Notes under the pieces: generated by a model
The model's database searches: none
Seen by the model: the letters and a program-made list of their open reading frames with translations, nothing else
Told to the model about the DNA's origin: nothing
In this document: positions 1-8,642 of the stretch, one piece after another
How the letters are laid out: each line of letters opens with the position of its first letter
How positions within the stretch are numbered: position 1 is the stretch's first letter
Source: a virus
Lineage: Duplodnaviria > Caudoviricetes
DNA: 39,462 bases
IMG/VR virus record: IMGVR_UViG_3300044709_000122
Location: 1-39,462 of that record
Reading direction: 5' to 3' (one strand)
Program-made: the position numbers and the translations under genes

Positions 1-39
1 GGCTCCCATTCCCCCCCTGTCCGGCCGAGGTGATGGATC

Positions 40-297
40 TTGGGACTACGCGGCATCGTCGGTGAGGGTGATAGACGCCGATCATTGCAGGCCATCCGTG
101 ACGCTCTGGCCTCGGAGCTTGAGGTGGCGGCGGGTTCCGTCGCAGCGTCGCTAGCCCGCGAGTTGCGTGCGGTCCTGGCGGAGATCGCCGCACTTCCGGA
201 CGAGAAGGTGAGCACTCCGCTCGATGTCATCGTTGCTAGCGTCGCCAGTCTCGACGAGTACCGACGTTCTCGGCATTCAAGCCCCGCGGGTTCATAG
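40..297 (+). CDS. terminase small subunit
   Basis: 85-aa helical protein with ASLARELRAVLAEI motif directly upstream of and overlapping TerL; SD GAGGTG at 27-32 before the TTG start. Confidence 0.75.
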   Translation: MGLRGIVGEGDRRRSLQAIRDALASELEVAAGSVAASLARELRAVLAEIAALPDEKVSTPLDVIVASVASLDEYRRSRHSSPAGS

Positions 298-1726
298 GGC
301 GCCGCTTTACACGCGGACGTTGGGCCTTGAGGTCGTCGATTTCATGGCAGCAGTCGGTAAGCCACTCGACGAGTGGCAGGCGCTGATGGTCGTGGATACG
401 TTCGGCCTGCGGCCGGATGGCTACTGGGCGGCCTTCGAATGTGCGGGCCTGGTACCGCGGCAGAACGGCAAGGGCGCGTATACCGAGGCGGTCGAGTTGG
501 GTGGCCTGTTCCTGTTCGGCGATCAGATCATCATGCATTCGGCGCATCTGTTTAAGACGGCCAAGCAATCGTTTCAGCGGCTCATCGATATCATTGATGG
601 CTCGGACTGGCTGACTAAGCGGGTCGCGCAGGTGGTGCGGGCCCGCGGCGACGAGGAGATCAGGCTCACCGCCAAGGCTGGCGGAGGGCGTCTGCTGTGT
701 TTTTCTCGTAGCGGCGGTGCAGGCCGCGGCTTTACCGGGGATAAGACGGTCTTCGACGAGTGCGCCTATCTGACAGTGGAGCAGTATCAGGCTGCTACGC
801 CCACGTTGGCGACTGTGCCGAATCCGCAGATCATCTATACCGGGACGCCGCCGGACGAGGATGTCGGGCCGATGCCCGCCGATGCGATGATGCCGTCGGT
901 GCGTCGGCGTGCAAATAGCGGCGGTGATCGTATAGCTCTTTGGGAATGGTCGCCTCCGGACGTTTTCGACCGCAGCGATCCGCGGTTGATGGCGGCTTGC
1001 AATCCGTCGTTGGGCAAGCGGATTCCGCTGTGGTTCCTTCAAAAGCAGTTGGCCAATTTCACCGCTGCGGGTAGGCCGGAGAAGTTCGATACGGAGCATT
1101 TGGGGCTATGGCCGAAGGATGCTTCGGAGCAGTGGCAGAAGATCCCTGAGGCCGAGTGGCGTGAGGCTGAGGACGCCTCCTCCAAGACGTCGAATGTTGT
1201 GGCCTTGTCCATTGAGGTCAACCTCGAGCGCAGCCAGGCATCAATCCAGGTGTCGGGGCGGCGTGATGGTGATCCGCGGATCCGCCACGTGTATGTACGC
1301 CGCGCCGAATCGGGTACTGCATGGGTCGTTGCGGATGTGCTCGAGGCGATGGACGAGTTCGAGGTCGTCGCGGTCACCGTCGACTCCGGTGGGCCGGCCG
1401 GATCGCTGATCCCCGACCTAGAGGCGGCCGGCATCGACGTGCTAAAGCCATCTGTTCGGGATCTGGCCGCGGCCTGCGGGGCGATGCGCGACGGTATCGC
1501 GGGTAAGGCCAAGGATGGCGAGGATCTGGCGGCGGTGCGCAACATCCGGCACATGGGCCAGCAGCCGTTGACAGACGCGGTCGCAGGGCTGACCGGCCGG
1601 AAGGTGTCTGAGACCGAGGTTTGGGAGCGTGCCGGGCTCGGGTTCATGGCCGTGGGCGCCGCGACAGCGTTGTGGGCACACGCAATCAAGTCATCTGACT
1701 ATGACCTTATGCGGTCGTTCGGGTAG
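224..1726 (+). CDS. terL: terminase large subunit
   Basis: Walker A VPRQNGKG, HSAH motif, GRGFTGD, Walker B VFDECAY, motif III YTGTPP, NPSLG; C-terminal RNase H-like domain. Confidence 0.95.
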   Translation: MSSLLASPVSTSTDVLGIQAPRVHRAPLYTRTLGLEVVDFMAAVGKPLDEWQALMVVDTFGLRPDGYWAAFECAGLVPRQNGKGAYTEAVELGGLFLFGDQIIMHSAHLFKTAKQSFQRLIDIIDGSDWLTKRVAQVVRARGDEEIRLTAKAGGGRLLCFSRSGGAGRGFTGDKTVFDECAYLTVEQYQAATPTLATVPNPQIIYTGTPPDEDVGPMPADAMMPSVRRRANSGGDRIALWEWSPPDVFDRSDPRLMAACNPSLGKRIPLWFLQKQLANFTAAGRPEKFDTEHLGLWPKDASEQWQKIPEAEWREAEDASSKTSNVVALSIEVNLERSQASIQVSGRRDGDPRIRHVYVRRAESGTAWVVADVLEAMDEFEVVAVTVDSGGPAGSLIPDLEAAGIDVLKPSVRDLAAACGAMRDGIAGKAKDGEDLAAVRNIRHMGQQPLTDAVAGLTGRKVSETEVWERAGLGFMAVGAATALWAHAIKSSDYDLMRSFG

Positions 1727-1734
1727 GGGGTCTG

Positions 1735-1941
1735 GTGGACGAGTTCACTGCCCGTGTGGACGAGTTGGTGGCGACCGGCCTGGAGGCGTTGGCGGTTTTG
1801 TTGTTGGCGGCGGGGGCTGCGGCGCTGTTGTTCCCGGCGCTGGGTTGGGGTTGTCTGTGTGGGGCGGGTGTGGTTGTTCTGGTCGGGTCACAAATCCAGG
1901 CGATAACTGGCCTGTTCAAAGGTAGAGGGCGGCGGCAGTGA
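1735..1941 (+). CDS. small two-TM membrane protein between terminase and portal
   Basis: 68 aa with two hydrophobic segments; stop overlaps the portal GTG. Confidence 0.6.
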   Translation: MDEFTARVDELVATGLEALAVLLLAAGAAALLFPALGWGCLCGAGVVVLVGSQIQAITGLFKGRGRRQ

Positions 1942-3248
1942 GTCTGTTTCGTCCTCAGTCGAAGCGTTATTTCGGCATTTCGGGTGCCGGGGATCTGATT
2001 CCGCAGCGCACCGCAACCCGCGCCGGGACTGTCACGGTCACCAATGACACCGCCCTGCGCCATTCGGCGGTGTGGGCGTGCCTGCGCCTGCGCGCCGACC
2101 TGGTCTCTACGCTGCCCGTCGACGTGTACCGGCGGGTCAACGGCCGTCAGGTGGAGATGCCCAAACCCCCGATTCTGGTGAATCCGGGTGGGGAGCGGGT
2201 CGACTGGTGCGAGTGGATGTACTCGTCGCAGTTCGATTTGGACCGGGCCGGGAACGTGTTCGGGCTGGTCACCGAGGTCAACTCGTTGGGGTTGCCGAAC
2301 CGTATCGATTTGCAGCCGCTGTCCGAGTGTTCGGTGGGCCGGGAGAAGGGCCAGCTCTACTACCGCATCGGCGGTGTCCGATATGAGGGTCAGACTTTGG
2401 GCAAGGTGTGGCATGAACGCCAATTCACCGTCGCCGGGCTCGATGTAGGCCTGTCCCCGATCGCATACGCCGCCTATGCCATCGGCGAATACCTGTCCAT
2501 CCAAGAATTTGCGCTGAACTGGTTCGGCGACGGTGCCATCCCCGCCGCCCACCTGCGTAACACACAGCGCACCATCCCCGGGCCGGTCATCACTGCGGTG
2601 AAGGCAACGTTTAAACAGGCGGTGGCCAACCGTGACCTGTTCGTGTCCGGTAACGACTGGGAATACAAGCCGATCCAGGCCGAGGCCATGGGCAATGCGT
2701 GGATTGAGGCGAAAGCGGCGTCAGTTGTGGAGATCGCCCGGTTCTTCGGGTGTCCCGCCACCCAAATCGATGGGGCGGTGGCCGGGTCTTCGGTGACGTA
2801 CGCCAACTTGAGTCAGGACGAACTCCGGCTGCTGATCAACCATTTGGGGCCGTCGATCACCCGGCGGGAGACCAAGTTTTCGGCGAAGTGGCTGCCGCAG
2901 CCGCGTTATGTCAAGTTGAACAGTGATGCGCTGTTGCGGATGGATCCGAAGACCCGCGCCGAAGTTATCAAGATCAGGATTGATGCGCGGACGATGACGC
3001 CGGATCAGGCCCGCGAGCTTGAGAACGATGCGCCGTTGACGGATGCCGACTATGCACAGTTTGATCGGCTGTTCGGGTCGAAGAACCCGGCGCCGGCGCC
3101 GGCGCCGGTAGCCCGGGCTGCGGCTCCCGCGCTGCCGACGCGTGGACAGTTGGTGGATGAGTTGATCGCGAGATTGTTGGAGGACGACTACATCGACGGT
3201 GAGATTGTGCCGCCGGTTTTGGAAGGCCCCCCAAAAGGCTCGCGCTGA
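1938..3248 (+). CDS. HK97-family portal protein
   Basis: ALRHSAVWACLRLRADLVSTLP, GNVFG, GLSPI, EIARFFGCP, DALLRMD motifs; position after terL. Confidence 0.95.
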   Translation: MSLFRPQSKRYFGISGAGDLIPQRTATRAGTVTVTNDTALRHSAVWACLRLRADLVSTLPVDVYRRVNGRQVEMPKPPILVNPGGERVDWCEWMYSSQFDLDRAGNVFGLVTEVNSLGLPNRIDLQPLSECSVGREKGQLYYRIGGVRYEGQTLGKVWHERQFTVAGLDVGLSPIAYAAYAIGEYLSIQEFALNWFGDGAIPAAHLRNTQRTIPGPVITAVKATFKQAVANRDLFVSGNDWEYKPIQAEAMGNAWIEAKAASVVEIARFFGCPATQIDGAVAGSSVTYANLSQDELRLLINHLGPSITRRETKFSAKWLPQPRYVKLNSDALLRMDPKTRAEVIKIRIDARTMTPDQARELENDAPLTDADYAQFDRLFGSKNPAPAPAPVARAAAPALPTRGQLVDELIARLLEDDYIDGEIVPPVLEGPPKGSR

Positions 3249-3257
3249 AGGCAGCGC
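3230..3257 (+). other. putative -1 ribosomal frameshift signal at portal 3' end
   Basis: In-frame X XXY YYZ heptamer C CCA AAA (3230-3236), 5-nt spacer, perfect hairpin GCGCTG-AAGG-CAGCGC (3242-3257); the -1 frame is open to 4594. Confidence 0.75.
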
Positions 3258-4594
3258 TGACCCGTGTCAAGGCAAGGCGAGAAATAGCGACCCGGCACAA
3301 CCCGAACCATGGCCCTGACGGCAAGTTTGCGCCCGCCCCAGGCCACGGCGGCCCAGGCGGCGCAGACAGTCAGACAGGTACAGAGGGTGAACACGGGTTC
3401 GGTGTCGACGCGCACGGCCACTCCTACACCGAATTCGATGTCGACGACACCACCGGGAAACCCAGGTTTTCCGAGTCCTACCGGAACAAGTACGGCCAGG
3501 TTTTGCATGAGGCCGGGATCGGTGACACCCCCTACCGGGTCGTCGAAACGGAGAAGGGCAAGGGCGTCCACCTCGCGGATGACAGCGGCGGCACGAAACA
3601 CCGCCAGGTCGTTCAGGAGTTCACACCGAAGCAGGCGACGTCGCTCAGCGACGACGTGTACGCGGTCAACACCGGCGCGGCCGCCCGGGTCAACCACGAC
3701 ACGGGTGTGCATGTTCAATCCCATGGCGGGCCTGACTCTGACGGCTATGTCGGGGCGACGTTGACCTTCACCAGCGGCGCGAAGATCAGCTTCAATTCGG
3801 AGGACACGTTCGAGTTGCAGCAGAATCTGCATTTGACCAACCTGGGCGAAGCCCGCTCTGAGCCGTTCCGGCTCACACGTGTCAAGACCAGGGCCGGAAC
3901 AACGACCCGGTTCAATCCGCATCACGATGCCCATGGGCAGTTCTCCTCGGGTGACGGCGTGCGCCAGACGTTGGCCGATGCCGGAACCGTTGGGCAGGTC
4001 AATGCCGCTGCTGCGGCCGAAGCGAAGACGATCACCGGCCGGGACATCGCATTCGATTTGGATGGCGACCCGCAGCTGGCCCGCGAACACAGCGAAGGCA
4101 TACTGCGAGGGCTGGAAAGATATCCCGGCACGCCATTGCAGCGTGTCCAGGGCGGCCATGTGGAGGCACACGGGACAGAAGAGAAAGCGTGGGCGTCGAC
4201 CTCAGCAGACGGAAAGACGATCACACTTCAATCACATAGCGATCCCGCCGCATTCCGGGAAGACTTGGCCCGCAACAGCCATGGCCCCGGATTCACCAAC
4301 GAATTCTCTGCGGCCACCCCCATGGGCAATGCGCTACATGAGTTCGGGCATGCCGCCGCCAACCATTATGGCGTCAACGAGCCTGCGGCGAACACGGCCC
4401 GCGACCATGTAAAAAAGGTCATAAAGGATGACGACTTCCGGGCCGCCGTCGGATACACCATCTCCATCCGGGCCATGGAGAATAGTCACGAGTTGGTGGC
4501 CGAGGCATTCGCCGACGTGATGGTCAACGGCTCTGACGCGTCAAGCCTGTCTCACGCCATCGTCGGCACCCTCGATAGCCACATCCGCAGGTAG
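3236..4594 (+). CDS. portal extension / head-associated effector: two repeated NPxH-motif cassettes, C-terminal HExxH zinc metallopeptidase-like domain
   Basis: Frame open 3203-4594 with no ATG/GTG/TTG until 3503; HNPNHGPDGKF (3296-3328) lies upstream of the track's start; FNPHHDAHGQF at 3911-3943; HEFGH at 4337-4351 and downstream HELVAEAFA. Confidence 0.75.
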   Translation, partial: RLALKAALTRVKARREIATRHNPNHGPDGKFAPAPGHGGPGGADSQTGTEGEHGFGVDAHGHSYTEFDVDDTTGKPRFSESYRNKYGQVLHEAGIGDTPYRVVETEKGKGVHLADDSGGTKHRQVVQEFTPKQATSLSDDVYAVNTGAAARVNHDTGVHVQSHGGPDSDGYVGATLTFTSGAKISFNSEDTFELQQNLHLTNLGEARSEPFRLTRVKTRAGTTTRFNPHHDAHGQFSSGDGVRQTLADAGTVGQVNAAAAAEAKTITGRDIAFDLDGDPQLAREHSEGILRGLERYPGTPLQRVQGGHVEAHGTEEKAWASTSADGKTITLQSHSDPAAFREDLARNSHGPGFTNEFSAATPMGNALHEFGHAAANHYGVNEPAANTARDHVKKVIKDDDFRAAVGYTISIRAMENSHELVAEAFADVMVNGSDASSLSHAIVGTLDSHIRR

Positions 4595-4600
4595 GTGATG

Positions 4601-4840
4601 ATGACCGGTCGTCATGCAGCGCAGTGCCTGTTCTGCATCCACTGGCGCTCCCCATTGGATCAGCCCAATCTTGATGGGGTACCCGACCCGCCCCAAACCT
4701 GCGACGCCTATCCCGGTGGCATCCCGGACGATATTTGGTGGAATCGTGCCGATCACCGCCAGCCCCAACCCGGCGACCACGGCATCGGATGGGCACCGCT
4801 CGACGGCGCCGAGTTCCCCGAATACGCCATGAACACCTGA
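4601..4840 (+). CDS. small Cys/His protein, candidate partner/immunity protein of the upstream extension
   Basis: CLFCIH...TCDAYPGGIPDDIW...DHRQPQPGDHGI; starts immediately after the TAG at 4592 (possible starts 4595/4598/4601). Confidence 0.65.
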   Translation: MTGRHAAQCLFCIHWRSPLDQPNLDGVPDPPQTCDAYPGGIPDDIWWNRADHRQPQPGDHGIGWAPLDGAEFPEYAMNT

Positions 4841-4886
4841 ACACCTGACCACAGCCAAACCAAACAGCCAGCTCAAACATTCACCC

Positions 4887-4912
4887 GAAGGCCCGCCAAC
4901 GTGCGGGCCTTC
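4887..4912 (+). terminator. stem-loop after the portal-extension cassette
   Basis: GAAGGCCCGC-caacgt-GCGGGCCTTC perfect 10-bp stem, weak U tail. Confidence 0.55.
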
Positions 4913-4958
4913 ACCATGCCCGCCCCGCCGGCCGCTCAAGGAATTGAGGCGAGAACCC

Positions 4959-5948
4959 ATGCCATACCAAGCCGAACACTCGCCCCAATGCCCACCCAGC
5001 AAACCGTGGGCATGCCTCAACCAGGCCACCGGCGAAGTCATGGGATGCCACACCACCCAACAAGACGCCCAAAACCAGGTCGATGCCCTCTACGCGAATG
5101 AGCCGATGATGATGTCGCAACCAGCCCAAACCATCAGGGCAGCCCAGCAGCACGCCACGGCCGACCCCCTGCGAGAAGCCGGGCAACGCCGCGCCGCCGC
5201 CGCCGCACAAGGCAAAACCCCCACCGGCGTCGAATTCCGGCTCCAAACAGTCCCCTGCGGCATGGCAAGAGCCAACGACTGGCCCACCCAAATGCGGGTC
5301 GCCACCGTCCAGCAAGACGGCAAAGTCTTCAAAGAAGTCACCGGCTACGCCTCCGTCTACGAACAGCCATACGACATGTGGGACTGGGCCGGCCCATACA
5401 AAGAGGTCGTCGCCGACGGTGCAGGCCGCGCATCTTTGGCCGCGAAACCCGACGTCCACTATCTGATCAACCATGCCGGGTTGAGTTTGGCCCGCACTAT
5501 CGGGCGCACGCCCACCCTGTGGCTGTCCGAAGACCGGCAAGGCCTGTCCTACCGGGCGCTACTCAACCCGCAACGCGACGAGGTGCGCAACCTGGTGTTG
5601 GCCATCGAAGACGGTCAGATCACCGAAAACAGCTTCGCCTTCATGATCGACGCCGGTGAATGGTCGGCTGACTTCACCGAATTCCGCATCCAGCAATACA
5701 ACATCAACCGCGGAGACGTGTCCTCAGTCAACCACGGCGCGAACCCGTTCACCAGCATCGGCCAACGCGACCAAACACAGCCCACCACCGAACGCACCAC
5801 CGAACGCACCACCGAACGCGCCCAAGAGCGCACCGAAGACCTCCCGGCGACGGCCGGGACAAGGCAAGCCGCAGGCGAGATTGACCAGCGGGGCCGCTCC
5901 ACCAACGAAATCGACGCCTGGCTCGCCGTCGTGGCAGCCAAACAGTAA
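4959..5948 (+). CDS. HK97-family prohead protease
   Basis: GYASVYE, LINHAG..LART, SFAF, DVSSVNHGANP motifs; N-terminal small Cys/His domain; position between portal and capsid. Confidence 0.92.
   Translation: MPYQAEHSPQCPPSKPWACLNQATGEVMGCHTTQQDAQNQVDALYANEPMMMSQPAQTIRAAQQHATADPLREAGQRRAAAAAQGKTPTGVEFRLQTVPCGMARANDWPTQMRVATVQQDGKVFKEVTGYASVYEQPYDMWDWAGPYKEVVADGAGRASLAAKPDVHYLINHAGLSLARTIGRTPTLWLSEDRQGLSYRALLNPQRDEVRNLVLAIEDGQITENSFAFMIDAGEWSADFTEFRIQQYNINRGDVSSVNHGANPFTSIGQRDQTQPTTERTTERTTERAQERTEDLPATAGTRQAAGEIDQRGRSTNEIDAWLAVVAAKQ
5783..5818 (+). repeat. 12-bp tandem repeat x3 (TTER)
   Basis: CACCACCGAACG x3 in the protease C-terminal linker. Confidence 0.9.
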
Positions 5949-6070
5949 ACCCACCATCCCCACCCGCACCGGCGCAGACGACGACGGTGCCACGCAGGCG
6001 AGCACGCAGATGACGGCCGTCGGCGCAAGGGAGCCAAACCAAATTCCCTGCACCGAGAGGCAACCTCACC

Positions 6071-7510
6071 ATGACCACATTCGAGGAACTCATCCAATCC
6101 GCCGAGGTGGAGGAAGACCAGACCCTCAAGCGCCGCGAACGTGCGCTCGCCGAAGTCAAAGTCATCCACGCCAAAGCCCGGCAAGAAGCACGCGCCCGGC
6201 TCACCGAACACGAAGACGCCGACGTCGCCGCCGCCATGCAATCACATGAAAACGCCGAAAACGATTTGAAGGCGATCCGCAGCAAACTCGCCCAACTCAA
6301 GACGGCCAAGGTCGCAGAAGACGCCAACACGGCCGCGCTCGAGACACGCGACCCGAACCCGGCCTCGACAGCGGTCGCCGCACGGCCCTCCTACGACCGG
6401 ATCGCACGCGTCGGGGGTGAATCACGCACCTACCGCCCGGACACCGACCCGGTCGGGCGCCAGTTCCTCCTCGACGTCGCACGCCGCCACCTCGGTCTGG
6501 ACGTCGAAGCCGACTACCGGCTCAACAACCACATGCGTGAAGAGCGCGTCGAGCGGGCGGCATACTTCCAGACCCGGGCCGCCGGCGACGCCACCACGGG
6601 TGCCTTCTCCGGCCTCGTCGTCCCGCAGTACCTCACGGACATGGTGGCGCCCGCGATCGCAGGGCTGCGGCCGTTCGCCGACATCTGCAACAAGCATCCG
6701 CTGCCCCCGAACGGGATGACCTTCAACATTTCGAAGATCACCACCGCGACGTCGGCGGCGCTGCAATCCTCGGAACTGTCGGCCGTCTCGGCAACCAGCA
6801 TCGACGACACGTTGCTCGCCATCTCCGTGCAGACCGCGGCCGGGCAACAGCTCATGTCCCGCCAGGCCATCGAACGCGGCACCGGCACCGAAGACGTCAC
6901 CGTCCAGGACCTCTACAAGCGGTACGCCACCGTCCTCGACTCGACCCTGATCAACCAGGCGTCGACCGGGCTCACCAACGTCGCCCAGTCCGTCGCCTAC
7001 ACCGACGGCACACCCACGGTCCAAGAACTCTGGCCGAAGATTCACAACGCGTTGTCCAACCAGGAAACCGCGCTGCTCGCCCAGGCCGTCCCCAGCCACG
7101 TGATCATGCACTCCAGGCGTTGGTACTGGATGCAAAGCCAGGTCGGCACGTCGTGGCCGTTCGTGTCCCAGCCCGGCATCCCAACCCAGGCCGGTGCAAC
7201 GAACTTCGGTGTCGGCTACGCCGCCGGCGCCCGCGGGGTCCTGCCCAACGGCATGCCCGTCGTCGTCGACAACAACATCGGCACCACGCTCGGCGCCGGT
7301 ACCGAGGACGAGATTTACACGGTGGCGGCAGCGGAATGCCACCTGTGGGAGGACTCCTCGGCACCTACGTTCATCCGGGCGGAGCAGCCCAGCGCGGCGT
7401 CTCTGGGCGTATTGCTAGTGCTCTATGGGTACTTCGCATACACCCATAATAGGTACACAAACGGACAATCCAAGATAGCTGGGACAGGGCTTATTGCCCC
7501 GACCTTCTAG
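6071..7510 (+). CDS. major capsid protein (HK97 fold) with N-terminal coiled-coil delta domain
   Basis: Coiled-coil N-terminus, QTR-AAG junction, GLVVPQYL..., MHSRRW, GMPVVVDNNI motifs; position. Confidence 0.93.
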   Translation: MTTFEELIQSAEVEEDQTLKRRERALAEVKVIHAKARQEARARLTEHEDADVAAAMQSHENAENDLKAIRSKLAQLKTAKVAEDANTAALETRDPNPASTAVAARPSYDRIARVGGESRTYRPDTDPVGRQFLLDVARRHLGLDVEADYRLNNHMREERVERAAYFQTRAAGDATTGAFSGLVVPQYLTDMVAPAIAGLRPFADICNKHPLPPNGMTFNISKITTATSAALQSSELSAVSATSIDDTLLAISVQTAAGQQLMSRQAIERGTGTEDVTVQDLYKRYATVLDSTLINQASTGLTNVAQSVAYTDGTPTVQELWPKIHNALSNQETALLAQAVPSHVIMHSRRWYWMQSQVGTSWPFVSQPGIPTQAGATNFGVGYAAGARGVLPNGMPVVVDNNIGTTLGAGTEDEIYTVAAAECHLWEDSSAPTFIRAEQPSAASLGVLLVLYGYFAYTHNRYTNGQSKIAGTGLIAPTF

Positions 7511-7621
7511 GTTTGTCCTGATCTGTCCGACTCATACAAGTTGGCCCCGGCGGCGAGAACCCTGGGGCCAACCCAACCCCCAACACCTTCTCCGCCGCGC
7601 CGCTGAGTACCTGGAGGCCCC

Positions 7622-8008
7622 ATGGCGACTGTTACCACGTACCGCGGTGACAACATCCAGCCGAACGCCGCGAACCTGTCCACCGCCCAGACCGGCAACG
7701 GCGCATCCACCAACGTCGCCGACCGCGGTGGCGCTCAGGGCGCCGCGCTGCTGAAGCTCGTAACCACCATCGGGTCGACGCCGACCGTGACCATCGCGAT
7801 CGAGGGTTCAGCGGACGGCACCAACTTTTTCAACGTCGCCTACGCCACGGCCGCCGCGCCGGAGACGGTGGCGGTCGCCAACGTGGTCATCACCACCGCG
7901 ACAACCAACTACTACATTCTGCGGCCGGGTCATCCGTGGCGTTACCTGCGGCTGACCTACTCAGCCAACACGAACGTCACCACCACCGCCGACGTTTGGA
8001 TTTTCTGA
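7622..8008 (+). CDS. putative head decoration/spike-base protein, paralog A
   Basis: Beta-rich, IEGSADGTNF and WRYLRLTY motifs; SD GGAGG; follows capsid gene. Confidence 0.65.
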   Translation: MATVTTYRGDNIQPNAANLSTAQTGNGASTNVADRGGAQGAALLKLVTTIGSTPTVTIAIEGSADGTNFFNVAYATAAAPETVAVANVVITTATTNYYILRPGHPWRYLRLTYSANTNVTTTADVWIF

Positions 8009-8223
8009 TGGACGAACCGAAGACGACCGACTCGTATGTTGCGGCTTTGCTGCGGGAGCGGGCGGGCTATGTGTATCGCGGTCTGAGCGACCGGGCGGAG
8101 CAGGTGACCGCCGAGTTGAAGCGGGTCGGCTACACCGATCCTCCCGAGGAGGCTGAGCGTGAGGCCCCGAAGGGTAACGCCCCGCGCGGTCGCCGGGCGG
8201 GCCAACAGGCTACGGCCGGCTAG
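8008..8223 (+). CDS. small head-region protein
   Basis: ATG overlaps the previous stop (TGATG); YVAALLRERAGY...VTAELKRVG. Confidence 0.65.
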   Translation: MDEPKTTDSYVAALLRERAGYVYRGLSDRAEQVTAELKRVGYTDPPEEAEREAPKGNAPRGRRAGQQATAG

Positions 8224-8228
8224 GAGAT

Positions 8229-8639
8229 GTGATGGCAACAATTGCAGCGAACGCGACCGCTTTGGGCGGCACGGTGGTCAGTTTGTGCTCGGCGTTGGCC
8301 GGTAACGGTGACACGACGAACACGGCCGACCGGGGCACGATGCCGAAGGCGAACTCGACAAAGATCAGGGTGACGCCGATCATCGGCGCGACCCCGACAT
8401 GCACGTATTCGATTCAGGTGTCGGCTGACAACTCGTCGTTTTCGGCGGCCACCTATGCGGATGTGTCGACGCCGACAACGGATGTGGCGACAACGTTTGT
8501 GCTGACGGGTACGGCGGTCGCCGAGAAGATCGTCAAGTCGCAGTCGGCGTGGCGTTACATCAAGGTGACCATGTCGGCGAACACGAACGTCACCAACACC
8601 ATCGACGTGATCTTCAACGACGCGAAGCGTTGGGTGTAG
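8229..8639 (+). CDS. putative head decoration/spike-base protein, paralog B
   Basis: Collinear similarity to 7622-8008; SD AGGAG. Confidence 0.65.
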   Translation: MMATIAANATALGGTVVSLCSALAGNGDTTNTADRGTMPKANSTKIRVTPIIGATPTCTYSIQVSADNSSFSAATYADVSTPTTDVATTFVLTGTAVAEKIVKSQSAWRYIKVTMSANTNVTNTIDVIFNDAKRWV

Positions 8640-8642
8640 CCG

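Noticed and set aside
3503-4594. ORF-track start at TTG 3503 as the true gene start
   Set aside because: No SD, and it would omit the first copy of the duplicated motif; the frame is open from 3203. A CTG start at 3245 remains a weaker alternative to frameshifting.
4592-4600. Stop-codon readthrough fusing the peptidase to the small Cys/His gene (same frame, TAG GTG ATG ATG)
   Set aside because: An AGGT SD-like sequence and three start codons explain independent initiation; no readthrough signal is evident.
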